Positions 50,523-63,632 of a DNA stretch of 64,000 nucleotides are shown here, one piece after another. The notes beneath the pieces were generated by a model. The model did not search any database. It was not told where the DNA came from and saw only the letters and a list, made by a program, of their open reading frames with translations. A program made the position numbers and the translations under genes. Each line of letters opens with the position of its first letter. Position 1 is the first letter of the stretch. The DNA lies in the NCBI GenBank assembly GCA_051362555.1, contig CM120643.1:3038001-3102000 (forward strand), read 5' to 3'. This DNA comes from Lingula anatina. Taxonomy: Eukaryota > Animalia > Brachiopoda.

Positions 50523-51474
50523 CTGACAAGAAAAAAGATACAAAAAGATACAAAGTGTACTTGTAAGTCATCACACTATTTCTAAACTAGAGGATCAGAG
50601 AGGCGATACCACCTCCGGATATTGTACCACCAGCTGGAGTAAGAGCATTCGTATGGACCCCCCCTTCCAAAAAGGGACACCATCACCAGTCTTGTGCTTG
50701 ACAAGCTCTATAAGATGCAATCAATAAGAGTTCTCAAAATATGCAAAAAAATATAACTAAAAATGGTACAATCAAGCAGATTTTCGAATTGACTTGCATT
50801 TTCCTACCCTTGATCACTCCTGTATTCTCTAGACAAAAGGCCTATTGGTTTTCCTTGAAAAGTGTTGTTAATGGTGCATATATGCTGACAAAAGAGAAAA
50901 CCTAGGGGCAACAAGGGGCACATCTCTGCTAGTTTTAAAGATATGAGAGGCAAGAAAATCTGCAAAGTTCAGTTCATGGTGAAAAAGTAGGTCAAAGGTC
51001 AATTTCAATATCATAGTTTATGAATTTTTATTCAAGTTCAATAGCAACCATGGGCATTTCTTTGCCAATTTTGCAGATTTAAAGGCCTGAAAACATGCAA
51101 AAAGCATTTCATCATACAAAGTAGGTCAAAGGTCAATTTCAAGGTCACAGATTGCTAGTGTATTACTTCCTATTCAAGTTCAATAGTAACTATGGACCTA
51201 TCTCTGTCAGTTTTAGAGATAAAGGAGAAAGAACATTTGCAAAGTTCAGTTCATAGTAAAAAGATGGTCAAAGGTAAATTTTAAGGTCACAGTAAATTGC
51301 CAGTATATGACTTACTACTTAAGTTCAATAGTAACTATGGACCTATCTCTGCCAGTTTTGGAGATAAAAGGGAATGAAAATTTGCAAAGTTCAGTTCATG
51401 GTGAAAAGTAGGTCAAAGGTCAATTTTATGGTCACTGTTAAATTGCCAGTAAGTGACTTCCTATTCAACTTTAA

Positions 51475-53271
51475 GGTAGATCGGTCGTTACGTAATTTGA
51501 CGATTTGCGCAATTTCAGCGCATCGTCAATCGTCTCTAACGACACTTCGGTCTGTTTTATCAATTTGAGGGAATAAAACAGTTATCTATAAGATAAACAC
51601 ACATTATCAACTTGTATGTAACTCTGTATGATCGATACAGATTTTCAACAACGTTTGTCGACTATGATTCCATACGACAACTGTAGCACGTTCATAGACT
51701 TGCCCTTCAAGAAATCGTCGGAATAGCTCCTTCTCCAATTTGATTTGGCACTAGAAAATGTATGACAGCTAAAGCTCACAAATTATGCAGTAGGTGCTAT
51801 ATCATGTAAAGAATAAGTGTTGTAAATTCCAATCAAAGCGGCTGCGTACATTTTGAGGTAGAACGCCCTGAATGTGCTGCATACCGTAGCTTAGATTTCG
51901 ACGAAAACCGGAAGTGCGTCGTAACGCCACTCATTTAGACTTAGAGAAATTTGGGCTGAGGAATATTTCGTAGCTTATACAAATGTTCAGAAAATGGCCA
52001 TACAGCTTGAAGAAAATTCACTAATCAAAATTGAAACTGCGTTATATTATACAGAAAAATTGTGCACTTCTGACCTTGACTTGTCAGTGTAAACAAAGTG
52101 TACTGAACGCATCGAAAGCAAGCACGTGAATGCCGCATTTGATACTTTGTATCAGACGCTTCATTTTACTTGACAACACAGTGTTTACGATGTCACGTTC
52201 ATGTTATATTCATTAATTAACAACAGCGACAACAATAAACTATTTTCATATGCATGAGTATTTCCCTTATTACTCTCTTCAATAATTTTGTTGTAAAGTT
52301 AATGGCTTACACCTCATCAGTATGACAAATCTGAAAATAGCTGAGTATACTCACTTTAACTGTTAAACATAATGAAATTTTTAAATGTACTTAGATGTCT
52401 CTCCACACACACACAAAACAAGAAATCATAAAAAATAACGATTTAGTAAAAACACCCATTTTCCCATTGATTTGAATGGGGACTTCCGACTGTTGCGTCA
52501 CGCAGGGTGTAACGCACTTCAACTTGGCGTAGTTCTCTTATTTGGTCGGTGACCCCCAACTTTTTTGGCAAAATTAAAATCTACTTGGATGCCTCTTTAC
52601 ACAAAAAGTTTTTTAAAAAAATTCAAACGTCAGAAAGTCATAAAAAATAATGCTTTAGTGAAAAAACACCCATTTTCCCATTGATTTGAATGGGGATTAG
52701 TGCGTCACGCAGGGTGTAATGCGCTTCAACTTGGCGTAGTTCTCTTATTTGGTCGGTGACCCCCAACTTTTTTGGCAAAATTAAAATCTACTTGGATGCC
52801 TCTTTACACAAAAAGTTTTTTAAAAAAATTCAAACGTCAGAAAGTCATAAAAAATAATGCTTTAGTGAAAAAACACCCATTTTCCCATTGATTTGAATGG
52901 GGATTAGTGCGTCACGCAGGGTGTAATGCGCTTCAACTTGGCGTAGTTCTCTTATTTGGTCGGTGACCCCCAATTTTTTTTGCAAAATTTAAATGTACTT
53001 GGAAGCCTCTTTACACAAAAAGTTTTTTAAAAAAATTCAAACGTCAGAAAGTCATAAAAAATAATGCTTTAGTGAAAAAATACCCATTTTCCCATTGATT
53101 TGAATGGGGACTAGTGCGATATGCAGGGTGTAACATATCTGGGCGTAGTTCTCTTATTTGGTCGGTGACCCCCAATTTTTTTTGCAAATTTTTAATGTAC
53201 TTGGGTGTCTCTTCAAACAAAAAAATTTTTAAAAAAATTCGAACGTTGGAACATGTAACGACCGATCTACC
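51475..53271. mobile_element. Kolobok-like non-autonomous DNA transposon
   Basis: Perfect 17-bp TIR GGTAGATCGGTCGTTAC, TTAA TSD (51471-74, 53272-75), GG...CC termini; no coding capacity seen. Confidence 0.85.
52375..53250. repeat. 207-bp tandem repeat x~4 inside the Kolobok-like element
   Basis: cccattttcccattgatttgaatgggga anchors at 52455, 52669, 52876, 53083. Confidence 0.92.
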
Positions 53272-54588
53272 TTAATAGTAACTATTGACCTATCTCTGCC
53301 AGTTTTGGAGATATAATGTTACAATTCTGAGTTACAATAATGTGCCACCACAATGTACTTTTTAATACAGCATAACACGAAAACCGTATGAAATACAAAA
53401 AAACGGAGACCATATGCAATGTTGGGCTTTACATGCTCTACAAAAAGCAAAAAAGAACGGGTCGCTAGCATTAACGGTTCCCGAATTAGAGACAGTTTTC
53501 AGTTTCGGTATCTTATGGCCGCTTCTCCCATGAAAATGCACCGATTGACCCCAAATTCACGGAGATGAAAGATGACCCAAAGGGTAACACTTTCCAATAA
53601 TATTATTGGTTAAGTCTGTGTAGTGTCTGAATAATTTTTTGTAAAAAATTTCATTTTTTTGAAAATTTTGGCCTGTTTGACCTTGAAATAAAGGTCAAAG
53701 GTCAAATCCAAGGGCATATTTGAAATCTACACATATGACTTTTGGAAAGCCGTCCGTAGAAATTTTTCCCATAATTCCTTCCATAGGGTAGATAATTGGC
53801 ATTGAATTTTCAAAAATTTTGACAAGGGTGCATTTCAACAAGCGTCACGCCCAGGTTAATGCACCGACTGAGACAAAAAAATCTGGGGGTTCAAGTTGAG
53901 GTTATATGTGACCTAAATCCAAGAGATGGGGACAGGGGTCCTTGCGGTCTAGGAGGAGAAGCGGTAACGGTAACTTGTATCCGGCGCCAGTACGCGGAGC
54001 CAGCGGAGCTTACGGAGCCGGACGAGACGGGTCGGGACTAAAACCATGAGTACCGCCAGCGTACACGCTGGTGGTACTAATGATAGATACATTCTGTATA
54101 CATTTTAGAAAAAAGTTATATAGTTTATAATATGGGAGAGGTGAATTATAATGATTGTTAACTTATATCCTGAAGAGAAGCAGAATTCTTAATGTGAAAT
54201 CCAAGATTTTCCAACCTATTGCACACCAGGTAAGGCATCTATTTACACTGCCTTCTCAAATGACATAAAAAAAAACCCAAGGTCAAGCTTTCAAAGCAGC
54301 TTTACACCAATAGCATCATATAACCATTTTGAGAATTTTATATAACTACCTTGTACGTAAGCTAACACTAACACTCGATCAATATTAGTTATGAAAGAAA
54401 GTCATTCATATTTACTAGGACCTGTAACTAGATATATCAAAGCTTTAGTGCTGTGCCTGCTTTATCAGTAAAAATACCAGCATTTTTTTTTAAACAGTGG
54501 AATCTGCACATTTATGCCTTATTGAAGTACAGTACATTTTAGACCTTTACTTTAAACCAAGTTAAGGTCAAAAGTTATGATATTGTAA

Positions 54589-55057
54589 GACCCCATTCCC
54601 ATACCTAGATCAAACGGGCAGGATCGACCTATCTTTGAAGGGTTTCTCGCTAAGTAACATTCTGCGTAAGTGGCTCTAATGTCTGGCACGCCTAGCTGTC
54701 AGGGGGGTAATTAACTATTGTTTAGCAGCACCAGTACGCGTGCCAGACATCTAAGGGCACATTCCCATAGATTTTAGATCGATCTATCCCCGTGGGGAGT
54801 CTCACTAGATTAATGTCAGATAATCCTGCTTAAATGTCCGTCCCTCCTACTACATGCTGTCAGGGGGTAATTAACTTTTGTGCCCACTCAGCTGACAGCT
54901 ATTAAGCGTGAACCTCCAGGGAGTTAGGTCAATCCAGTTGGATCGAACTAATCTCTGGGAATGGGGTCTTAGCCACTTAACCTGAAGGCAATTTTGCAAG
55001 AATCCCCTCAGAGATGGATCGATCCAAATGGACTGATCTCGGTATGGGAACCCAGTC
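54589..55057. mobile_element. GATCGATC-family MITE (outer), TAA TSD
   Basis: GACCCCATTCCCATACC...GGTATGGGAACCCAGTC flanked by TAA on both sides; interrupted by a related MITE. Confidence 0.8.
54755..54968. mobile_element. GATCGATC-family MITE (inner, nested)
   Basis: Near-identical to 63418-63632; flanks TAA/TTA; the empty site cagacatctaagcc is visible in the 14.3-14.6 kb homolog. Confidence 0.85.
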
Positions 55058-55095
55058 TAAACCCCATCTCCCAGACCCCCCCCAGGCTGCCTCAC

Positions 55096-55336
55096 CTGCA
55101 CCACGGGGTTCCCCTGCTGAGACTCATCCTTGATAGCGCCTCGGCTGCCTTCCGTCATGTACCTGGCCCTGTGCTGCTTCTCAGGCTGGGTCACCACTTT
55201 CAGCTCATACTCTCCCACCTTAGACACAAATGCCTGAACCAGGGACGGCTCTTTCCACCCCCGGGACTTGCCCAGACACGAACCGCTCGCCTCCCGTTTC
55301 AGTCCCTTTGAAATTACTACTGGCTTTGTTGATGGC
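55096..55336 (-). CDS. NFAT5: NFAT5-like exon, start of Rel homology domain
   Basis: ELKVVTQPEKQHRARYMTEGSRGAIKD: NFAT5-type RARY.TEGSRG recognition loop (NFATc has RAHYETEGSRG); acceptor tttatag|G, donor CAG|gtgagg. Confidence 0.96.
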
Positions 55337-57708
55337 CTATAAAAAATAATAAATAATAATATTAAATGGATTAACTTAATGTAGAACAAAAATACAGAAT
55401 AAAATCAATTAAATATTTAGTGTTAGACCATCCTGGACATGAATTGAAAAGACGATGATGATGAAGATGATGTTGGAATTTTCTTAATAATCATCATCAC
55501 CCTCAATCTAAAATCAGTCTAGGGACAAAAATGTTACTGAGAAAAACTTCCAACAATAATGTTCTTTGGCAATCCAATGATTTCTTTTTGCCAAAATCTA
55601 AATTCTATTTGATTTACCTGACAGCAATTTTGGATAATTAGCCAGGTGAAATGGGATTCACACAGAACAGGCCAAGGTTAAACAAACTACTGAAGCCAGC
55701 AAGCCAAGCAGGATATTCAACACAGACACATAAACTATCTAAAAAACCCTTCCAGTATTTGAAACAATGGCACAAATTAGCTTGACACATACTGAAAGCC
55801 GAATACAAACATTTGTAGCATTTAATTCATGATACATTCTCTTTAAAAAGGTGCCTTTTATATAGGATTAAATAAAGCCTACATATTCTTAGCATATTGT
55901 CCTTTGCTAACTTTCTCTTACACCATAGCTTTTGCTATGCCACTGCTGAATATCAGCAACATCTTCCTAACATTAACAGACTCTTCAGCATGCCTTGGCT
56001 GCTTAGCTTCCTATAATTAGAAGTAAATTCTAAATACCAAGTAACTTCTTTTGATAAATACTTTAGAACATCTTTGGCATTAATGCCAAGAGCTGGTCAG
56101 TTTTGTGGTCAGAACTTAAGCACGTGTGGCCAGTGCTCTATCAGAAATGACCAATGCTATTTCATAAGTGGCATTAGAGTTATCACAAACAGATTTACCT
56201 GACAGGTACAATTACCACCCACAGAGTTCATGTCAAGAGATCCCAACTCACCTGGTTACTTTATACAGAGGACTAAGTTATGTACCCAGAAGAAGCCTAT
56301 GATGAAGTACTACTTCTAGCAGATTTCTATTGGGTTTTCGAAAACCTATTTTGAATTAATGGTCATTCCTTCAAGTAAGAAACTCAAAGTCTTTAAGAAA
56401 AACTTGTATTACTTGAAAACTAGGGAAACTACTAGCTAGGAGCAATAATATCATGAAGAAAACTATGCCCTTGGTTCCCTCTCCCCTTGATACCCCTTCC
56501 CCAATTTTCTGAGTTACTTCAGGTTTTAGACTTTTTAGCACAGGTAGTAACTCTACCTACAGAGCACTGTCTTGAGCACAAAGACCCTTCTGCTTCATAT
56601 TATTTCTGTTCTATTTATAGCTGTCCTTGGTTCAACAAACATTTATATCCAGGTCACCCAGTTTTCATGCAGATTAAAGTTCTCAGTGCAAAAGGTCTTC
56701 TTCATACCCAGACAGTCAGTAAACAACATCATGATTAATTTACTCAGCAATTTACTCTGAAAGTTACTTGGTGCCTTGAAATGAATGCTATTTCAGCATA
56801 TAAGAGTAAATATATACATCTAGTGCATGGGTATTTTTCTTTTGAATGGCTTTCTTCTAAATTCAGAGACAGGAGCATTCTTCCCACATTCCTTATTTTC
56901 CTACATACAGTGTGCATGTGTGTGTGTGGGGGGGGGGGGGGGGGGAGGGGCAGTCATATCATTCAGTCAATACTTTGGACTTTAAAAACCCCTCCTCCGA
57001 TCCCAGCTTTACATAACCTTTTTCAAGGTCTCTCTTTTAAGGTGCAAACATCCAATTTTGCCATCAAACACATTTTAAATCTTTACAATTAAATGCTAAA
57101 AAGCTTATATACTTGACAAGAAGCTGTTGCAGAGTCAGGTATGCATGTAAATACTAGCAAGCCTGGTGGTTTCCCCAGTAACAGTAACTTAATTTTACAA
57201 TCCATTAGTAAAAATGAAAGCCTCTTATATTGGTAGACAAATACATACAGCAGTATCAATTGACATTTTAACACCTAAGCCAACATAGCAACAAATAATT
57301 CATATAGATCTACTGCACTGAGAATCACAGTCTGCATTTCATAATCAATTTGCAATTGAGACTTGCCAATATTGATGTAGAGCAGTACTACTAAGTCTCT
57401 TTTTCCCATATAAACTCAATGCACTGAAAATTAAACACCAAGCAAAATATTGGAGGGATATTAGCATTGCACCCATTAAACTGAAGTGGTCTATTCTACT
57501 AGAATTTCAAAAAAAAATTTGGTATCTACTGAGTATTTCCAAAACAAAGAGGAAAACTTTCATTTAGACTTTTTTTTGTGTGTGTCAGTTGAAAAGCTAA
57601 CAAAAATCAATAACTCCAAAATGGAGACTGAGCAAGCAAAATAGCCTTGTGCCGGATGCCAGAGATTACAACGCAGAAACTGAAATAAGATCTAATGAGA
57701 AATCTCAC

Positions 57709-60700
57709 CTTGTTTTTAGCACTGCAGACGTGCTTGTCGAATTGCCTGTGAAAGTAAACACTCCCGGCACATCTTTTCCAAATTTACTGAAAATCACAGA
57801 CGCCCCATTCACGTCAAATCCTTTCTCCTGGCCAGGAGGTTTCTGTGTAGTGCAATCACTTGGTCGGCTAGAGGGTGTATCATGCCTGTGGGCCTTGGCA
57901 ACCTTTCTCGGCTTATTGTAATTGTTATCAAACATGCCCCCAAAATATTCTCCTTCATCTAGAGTACTGAATATGGTCTCATCATCTAAAACCAGGTCAT
58001 TTGATCGCTGAACCAATGCCATTTGGGTATCTTCGGACATGCTGGCAATTGGAGTCGAAACATCGGTGCTGTCAGGCTCCTGGTCTGAGTCGGAGTGTGT
58101 GGGAGACAGAAACATTTCATCGTCTAAGTGCCTTGCCAGCTCAGTCTGCGGCTTAGAGAAGCTCTCCACCGTGCTGGATATTGGATGTGTTTCAGTGATC
58201 AAAAACTTGAGCAGTTCTTTGGGAGCGGAGCTGGCCATCACTGGCGTGACAGCGGTGGTGTCAGGCGTGATGGCTGCCACAGTGGTGATGGTCCTAGCCT
58301 CCAGAGCCACTCCTGAAGTGAGATACGTACTGGTCTCAACGGGAGTGCTTGCTGGAGCGCTGGTCTCAAATACGTTATTAGCTGCCACAGAAAATGTTGG
58401 TAAACTATCAACGCAATGGCCCTGCAGAATACTAACAGCTTCCACGCTTCTATTGCCTTGGACTACAGCAGACTGTTGGCAACCAAAGACAGCATTACTT
58501 GTCTGAGACACAGAAGCTTGGCTTGAATACGTGCTACCCACTGACGCAGCCGAACTACTGGTACCTGTCACTACACTGTTCACATTGAAAGTATTCATGT
58601 GACTACCACTTTCTGATTTTCCTGAAGGCAAATCTGTGTTGTCTCTCAATACTTGCTGGAGGAAGGCCACTCCAGTGGCTGCGGCCCCTCGCTGTGACAT
58701 CACCCCTACAGTGGCCGTTGACAAGGGCTGTGATATCATCTGCGCCAGAGATGATACGTGCTGCTGTTGATCAAACTGAAAATGCTGCTGAGAATGAGTT
58801 GAAGTTTCCGCTAGAAGTTGAACAAGCTCCTTCGTAGCTAAAGTCACAAACCCATGACCATCGTCTTCCTCGTGGCCATGCGATGTCTGCTTCTGCAGCT
58901 GTTGCTGTTGTAGTATCTGGGATGCCATGACAGAATCAAAGACATTATTGTTCTGCTGGTTTGCCAGTGGCAGAGAAATGTCTTGTTGTTGAGAAGCCCA
59001 ACTCTGTTCAACTTCTTGGTGGCCTTGTAACAATGTTGTATGCTGCTGAGTAGAAGTTACAGACATGGCAGCACCTGTTTGGGCGGGAAGTGTATTTGAC
59101 AGGGAACTCTGGGTGTGCTGTGGCTGTGCAACCATGGGAAGTGAAGCAAAACTGTTGTGAACTACCAATGGCGGTGTTTGCTGAATCTGAAAAGACGAAG
59201 GCACCACAGAAGAAGCGACCAAAAAGTTTTGATTCTGGTCTTCCGTGCCCACCTGCATTGGCTGTTCCTGTTGCTGCTGTTGCTGTAGCAGATTCTGATG
59301 TGGTGGCTGAAGCTGGGAGAGTTGTTGTTGTTGCTGGGGCAAACTGCTCTGCCCAGCAGGAAACTGATTCATGTCCAAGCCTTGGGGTGCAGCTGCCTGT
59401 GGCTTCTGCTGCTGTTGCTGCAACTGCTGCAACAGACTTTGTTCTTGCTGCAACTGTTGCTGTATTCCTGTTTGTGGCAGCTCTTGTTGAATGTTGCTTT
59501 GCTGCTGAAGTTGTGGCAGTAACTTTTCATCCTTAACCTGTTGCTGTTCCAAATATGCCTGTAAAATGCTCTGTTTCGGTTTCAATTCCTGTTGCAAATT
59601 AGAATTAGACGGTTGCCCAAAAATTTGGCTTTGTGGTAGTTGCTGGTCTGATGGAAAATGCTGTGTTGGATTCTGCTGGTTCTGCATCCTCTGCATTGGG
59701 CTTGGTGATTCATGGCTCTGAAGCAAGGGACTCTGTTGGATTGGTCCTGGATGTTGCAGCTGATTTGGTTGACTCTGTATTGGCAGACTCACCGAAGTAG
59801 TGCAGCCTTGTATCTGGGGCTGGGCAAAAGATGTTTCAACTGGCATTTGTTGTTGTCTTGGACTCTGTGGCAGGGGTGACTGCATTTGTTGTGACATTAG
59901 GTTTGGAGGGGACTGTACCTGCTGTGACATTGGACTTGGCTGTGCATGAATCTGCTGTTGTATAGGACTGTTGATGGATGTCTGCATCGGCACTGGACTT
60001 TGCTGACCCACTGGATTTTGTTGTGTCTGTATCTGGTGAATTGAAGGATTCTGCATTTGCACTGGATTCTGGATAGGGCTTGATGGTACAGATGTGTGTT
60101 GTGACATTGGACTTTGCTGAGCTTGCATTTGAATTTGCAATGGGCTCTTTGGGTCTTGGGTTTTCACGGACATTGGACTCTGTACGTGTTGAGGCACTGG
60201 ACTTGGTTGTGTCTGTACCTGGTGCTGTAATGGGGTTGTTTGACTTTGCATCTGATGTGTCATTGGACTCTGTGGATCTGCCCTTTGCTGTAATGGGGTT
60301 GTTTGACTTTGTATTTGATGTGTCATTGGACTCTGTGGATCTGTCATTTGCTGTAATGGGGTTGTCTGACTTTGTATTTGATGTGTCATTGGACTCTGTG
60401 GATCTGTCATTTGACTCTGCATGTGCTGAGACAATGCACCTTGTTGTTGAATCTGCATTTGCTGCTGATGTTGAATCGGACTAGGGGTAACCTGGACCTG
60501 CTGTGGAATAACGCCTGGTTGACCCTGAATATGACGTTGTATTGGATTCTGTAATGCTTGTATCTGCTGTCGCATCTGATCTAGTTGGGCTTGGATATTC
60601 TGCTGCACTGGATTCTGTTGGATTTGCTGCTGCAAAGCCGAAATCTGCTGTTGAAGAGCAGCAATTTGTAAATTTGCTGGTTCTTGTGGGGCCATATTCA

Positions 60701-61885
60701 CCTGCAACTGCTGCTGATGCATCACCGGTTTTTGCTGTTGCTGTGACTGATTATCCAGTGGGATCTGATGAATCAAGGATTGAGGAATCATTCCTGTTTG
60801 TTGTAGCTGGGCCTGTTGGTTGTGTTGTAACTGTTGCTGGAGCAGCTGTTGTTGGGATTGTCCATGCTGCATTGGCTGTTGGTTCAAAGACTGCTGCTGT
60901 GGTTGCCCTTGCTGTAACCGCTGGTGTTGTAACGCTGACTGGTCCATCATCCCATGTTGTAAAACAGGCATGGACTGTTGTGACAAAGGGTTTGCTTCAG
61001 ATACTGCAGGACTCGATGGCTGTGCCTGCTGCACAAAAGAACTGTTTTGTCTCTGGAACGTTCCTTGTTGTTGATGAAAATGGCTATTCATTGCTGAGTC
61101 ATGCTGCTGTATAAGGGGAGTACTGTTTTCTCTTTGAAACGAGTCTTGCTGCTTATTTGCAGCTTGTGGTTGTTGAAAATGCCCAAGAAACTGCTGATAT
61201 TGAAGCGACTGATGCTGTTGCTGTTCTTGTGGCGTCTGGAAATTCTCCTGTTGTTGGAACTGTACTTGCTGTGTGGATACATTGAAAGAGCTCTGTTGAG
61301 ACTGTTGGTAAGTACTAGATTGTTGATTCTGTTGCTGTTCAGTACCACCACAATGCTGCTGTGCCTTTGAGGCACCTGTCTGTACAAAAATGGCCTGATC
61401 AACGTGCTCAGAACTCCCTACAACAACACTGAAATGATCCGCAAAAGCACTTTCCTCCAAATGTTCTGAGAGCCCGTCCAGTTTACTGCTGTCAAAATGG
61501 TCATGATGCTGTGTGATGGTCTCCTGTGGAGAAAAAGAACTGTTTGCTGTTTCCCCATACAAGGGTTGAGATGGCTGTGACTGTTGTTGAAGATTTGACT
61601 GATTCTGTGTGGCATAACTACCATGATGTTGCTGCTGCTGATGTTGCTCATCTGTCAACATGCTACCAATGTTGGTCCCGGAAGATCCACTATTGTGCCC
61701 AGAAGAATCCTGCCTAGTTATATTACTCCCAGACGATCCAATATTTGCATATTGGGAACTGTTCATATTGGTGGTCTGACTTGTGAAGTATTGAACAAGC
61801 TTCTGTCCCGGTGTCAGGTTACATGATGCTGCTGACTGCTGCTGGGAGTTGGTGACGTCAGGGTCCTGGTCAGAACTGAACTGAC
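57709..61885 (-). CDS. NFAT5: NFAT5-like giant Gln/Ser/Pro-rich exon (4177 nt); upstream exon(s) not identified
   Basis: Uninterrupted frame from acceptor ccattgcag|GT (phase 1) to donor AG|gtgaga (phase 2), which joins in frame to the RHD exon at 55336. Confidence 0.88.
60222..60415 (-). repeat. coding 60-bp (20 aa) tandem repeat x3 (DPQSPMTHQIQSQTTPLQQM-like)
   Basis: visible in both DNA and translation. Confidence 0.9.
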
Positions 61886-62961
61886 CTGCAATGGAAACAA
61901 CACCTGAATTAAATAAATGACATACTAGTACAGTAATGACTTAATCTTTTCAATGGGGGTAATTGTGAATTTTACAGATACTGTATTTTTTAAGTCTTAA
62001 TTTCTTAAATCAAGAGAAAACCTATTGAGTGGCGGCAACAAAATTGAAAAGCAGACTACTTACAGTTCTATTCTATGCAATAAATGCACCACAAATGCTA
62101 TACAAAAATATGACTTTATGGTTTTAAAATTATGTATATCTGAAAGTTTTATCATGCATATAATTTTGTTTGTGACAATTCTATACAAGGAAGTTGTAAT
62201 TTGATAATTTTTGCCTATTGAAAAGATCAAGTCAACTACAAGAAAAGGGTCATTAATGTTATCAAAGTGACAAAAACAGGTGATACAATGCATCTGTATA
62301 TATTCATCTCAAACGGAAATCACGAAGAGAAATGCACAAAAATTTTAACAGCATCAAAGCCCAATCCCCCTTTTTTCTAGACACAAAATTCCTACTCTTT
62401 GTAATTATATTATAATTTTTCAATACAAAAAACTGTGTACACAATACAAGTTACTAAATGATAATAAAGGTTTATAGTTCATGAGCTTTGGAAATGGTCT
62501 AACCTTAAACCCAATGTTTTGCTAACAAACATTGGTGTACATCAAAGATTCCATTGTTTAATGCCACTGTAGGAAAAAAAACTGTCACATAAAAGAACAA
62601 GGAAGGGCAATCAGATGCAAAGGGGGTTCAAATCACAGTGTCTCCAGCTCCAGAGTCCAGAGTTACATTAGTATCTCCACGTCTATGGTGGTGGACGAAT
62701 AAAAAAGTAAAAAAAAAACTTACCATGTGCACTAAATGTGTCAAATTACCTCCATACAATTTTTTCAATTCCATTTGGTGGAAAAGAAAACAAACACTTG
62801 GGATGAAAAAGATTTAATACTCCAAAGTAAACAGAGCTATATTTTATTTTGTTTAAAGAAAAAACACTTAAAAGCTTGCAGGAAAGTACTAAAAGAAAAA
62901 GATACTGTGACTTGTGACTGTTTGACATTACAACTGACTTAAGTGAGCCTTTCAAAAACAT

Positions 62962-62986
62962 TCTCTCTCTCTCTCTCTCTCTCTCT
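62962..62986. repeat. (TC)n microsatellite
   Basis: directly visible. Confidence 0.9.
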
Positions 62987-63417
62987 TACAAAGCCACCAA
63001 TGCATCAGCAGATAATATGGGCAAGTTCAACATTATCATAAAAGGAGTCAAACTGTGCAGAATAGGCATTTTTTTTTTAAATAAAAGCCAAAGAAACCTG
63101 ATCTAAGTGGCATCATACAATTCAAAAGGAGTGTCCGCAATGAAGTTTCTGTGTCCTAGCATCTGGTTCTACAGTTGACTATGGATTGCGTAATCATTCT
63201 ACAAAGTCATGCTTTGTACCTCAAAAATTGATATTCACGTCTCTTCTTCCTGCATCTTTTTGTGAATCGTTTTATTCTAAAATTTGACACTGACTCACAC
63301 AAATAAGAAAAGTCAAAAGACGCATAAAAACGCACATCCAGTCACAAGCTAAGACCACTTGCTGTTATAATCAAGGATCCACTTCTACTCTTTTTTCTTT
63401 ATTTTATGTATCTTTAA

Positions 63418-63632
63418 GGGAGTATTCCCATAGATTTTAGATCGATCTATCCCCGTGGGGAGTCTCACTAGATTACTGTCAGATAATCCGGCTTAAATGT
63501 CCGTCCCGCCTACTACAAGCTGTAAGGGGGTAATTAACTTTCGTGCCCGCTCGGCTGACAGCTATTTAGCGTGAACTCCCAGGGAGTTAGGTCGATCTAG
63601 TTTGGATCGATCTAACCTCTGGGAATGGGGTC
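63418..63632. mobile_element. GATCGATC-family MITE, TAA TSD
   Basis: GGGAGTATTCCCATAG...CTCTGGGAATGGGGTC, TAA on both flanks; homologous to the 40596 and 54755 copies. Confidence 0.88.

Larger units (their letters stand above)
50584..54081 (+). mobile_element. Helentron-associated non-autonomous element (HINE/DINE-1-like) with internal ~140-bp tandem repeats
   Basis: Starts aaactaga; ~4 repeats with aggtcaaaggtca; cgga/gac-type microsatellite at ~53990-54040; terminal hairpin AGTACCGCCAGCGT-ac-ACGCTGGTGGTACT (54049-54078) then aat. Confidence 0.7.

Noticed and set aside
58039-61826. Multiple plus-strand and alternate-frame ORFs (poly-L, poly-C, poly-A)
   Set aside because: Shadow frames of the CAG/CAA-rich NFAT5 exon.
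62719-62790. ATG|gtaagt at 62724 as the upstream NFAT5 coding exon
   Set aside because: The ATG is phase 0 while the 61885 acceptor needs phase 1, and the phase-1 frame has a TAA six codons upstream; it could only be a non-coding exon.
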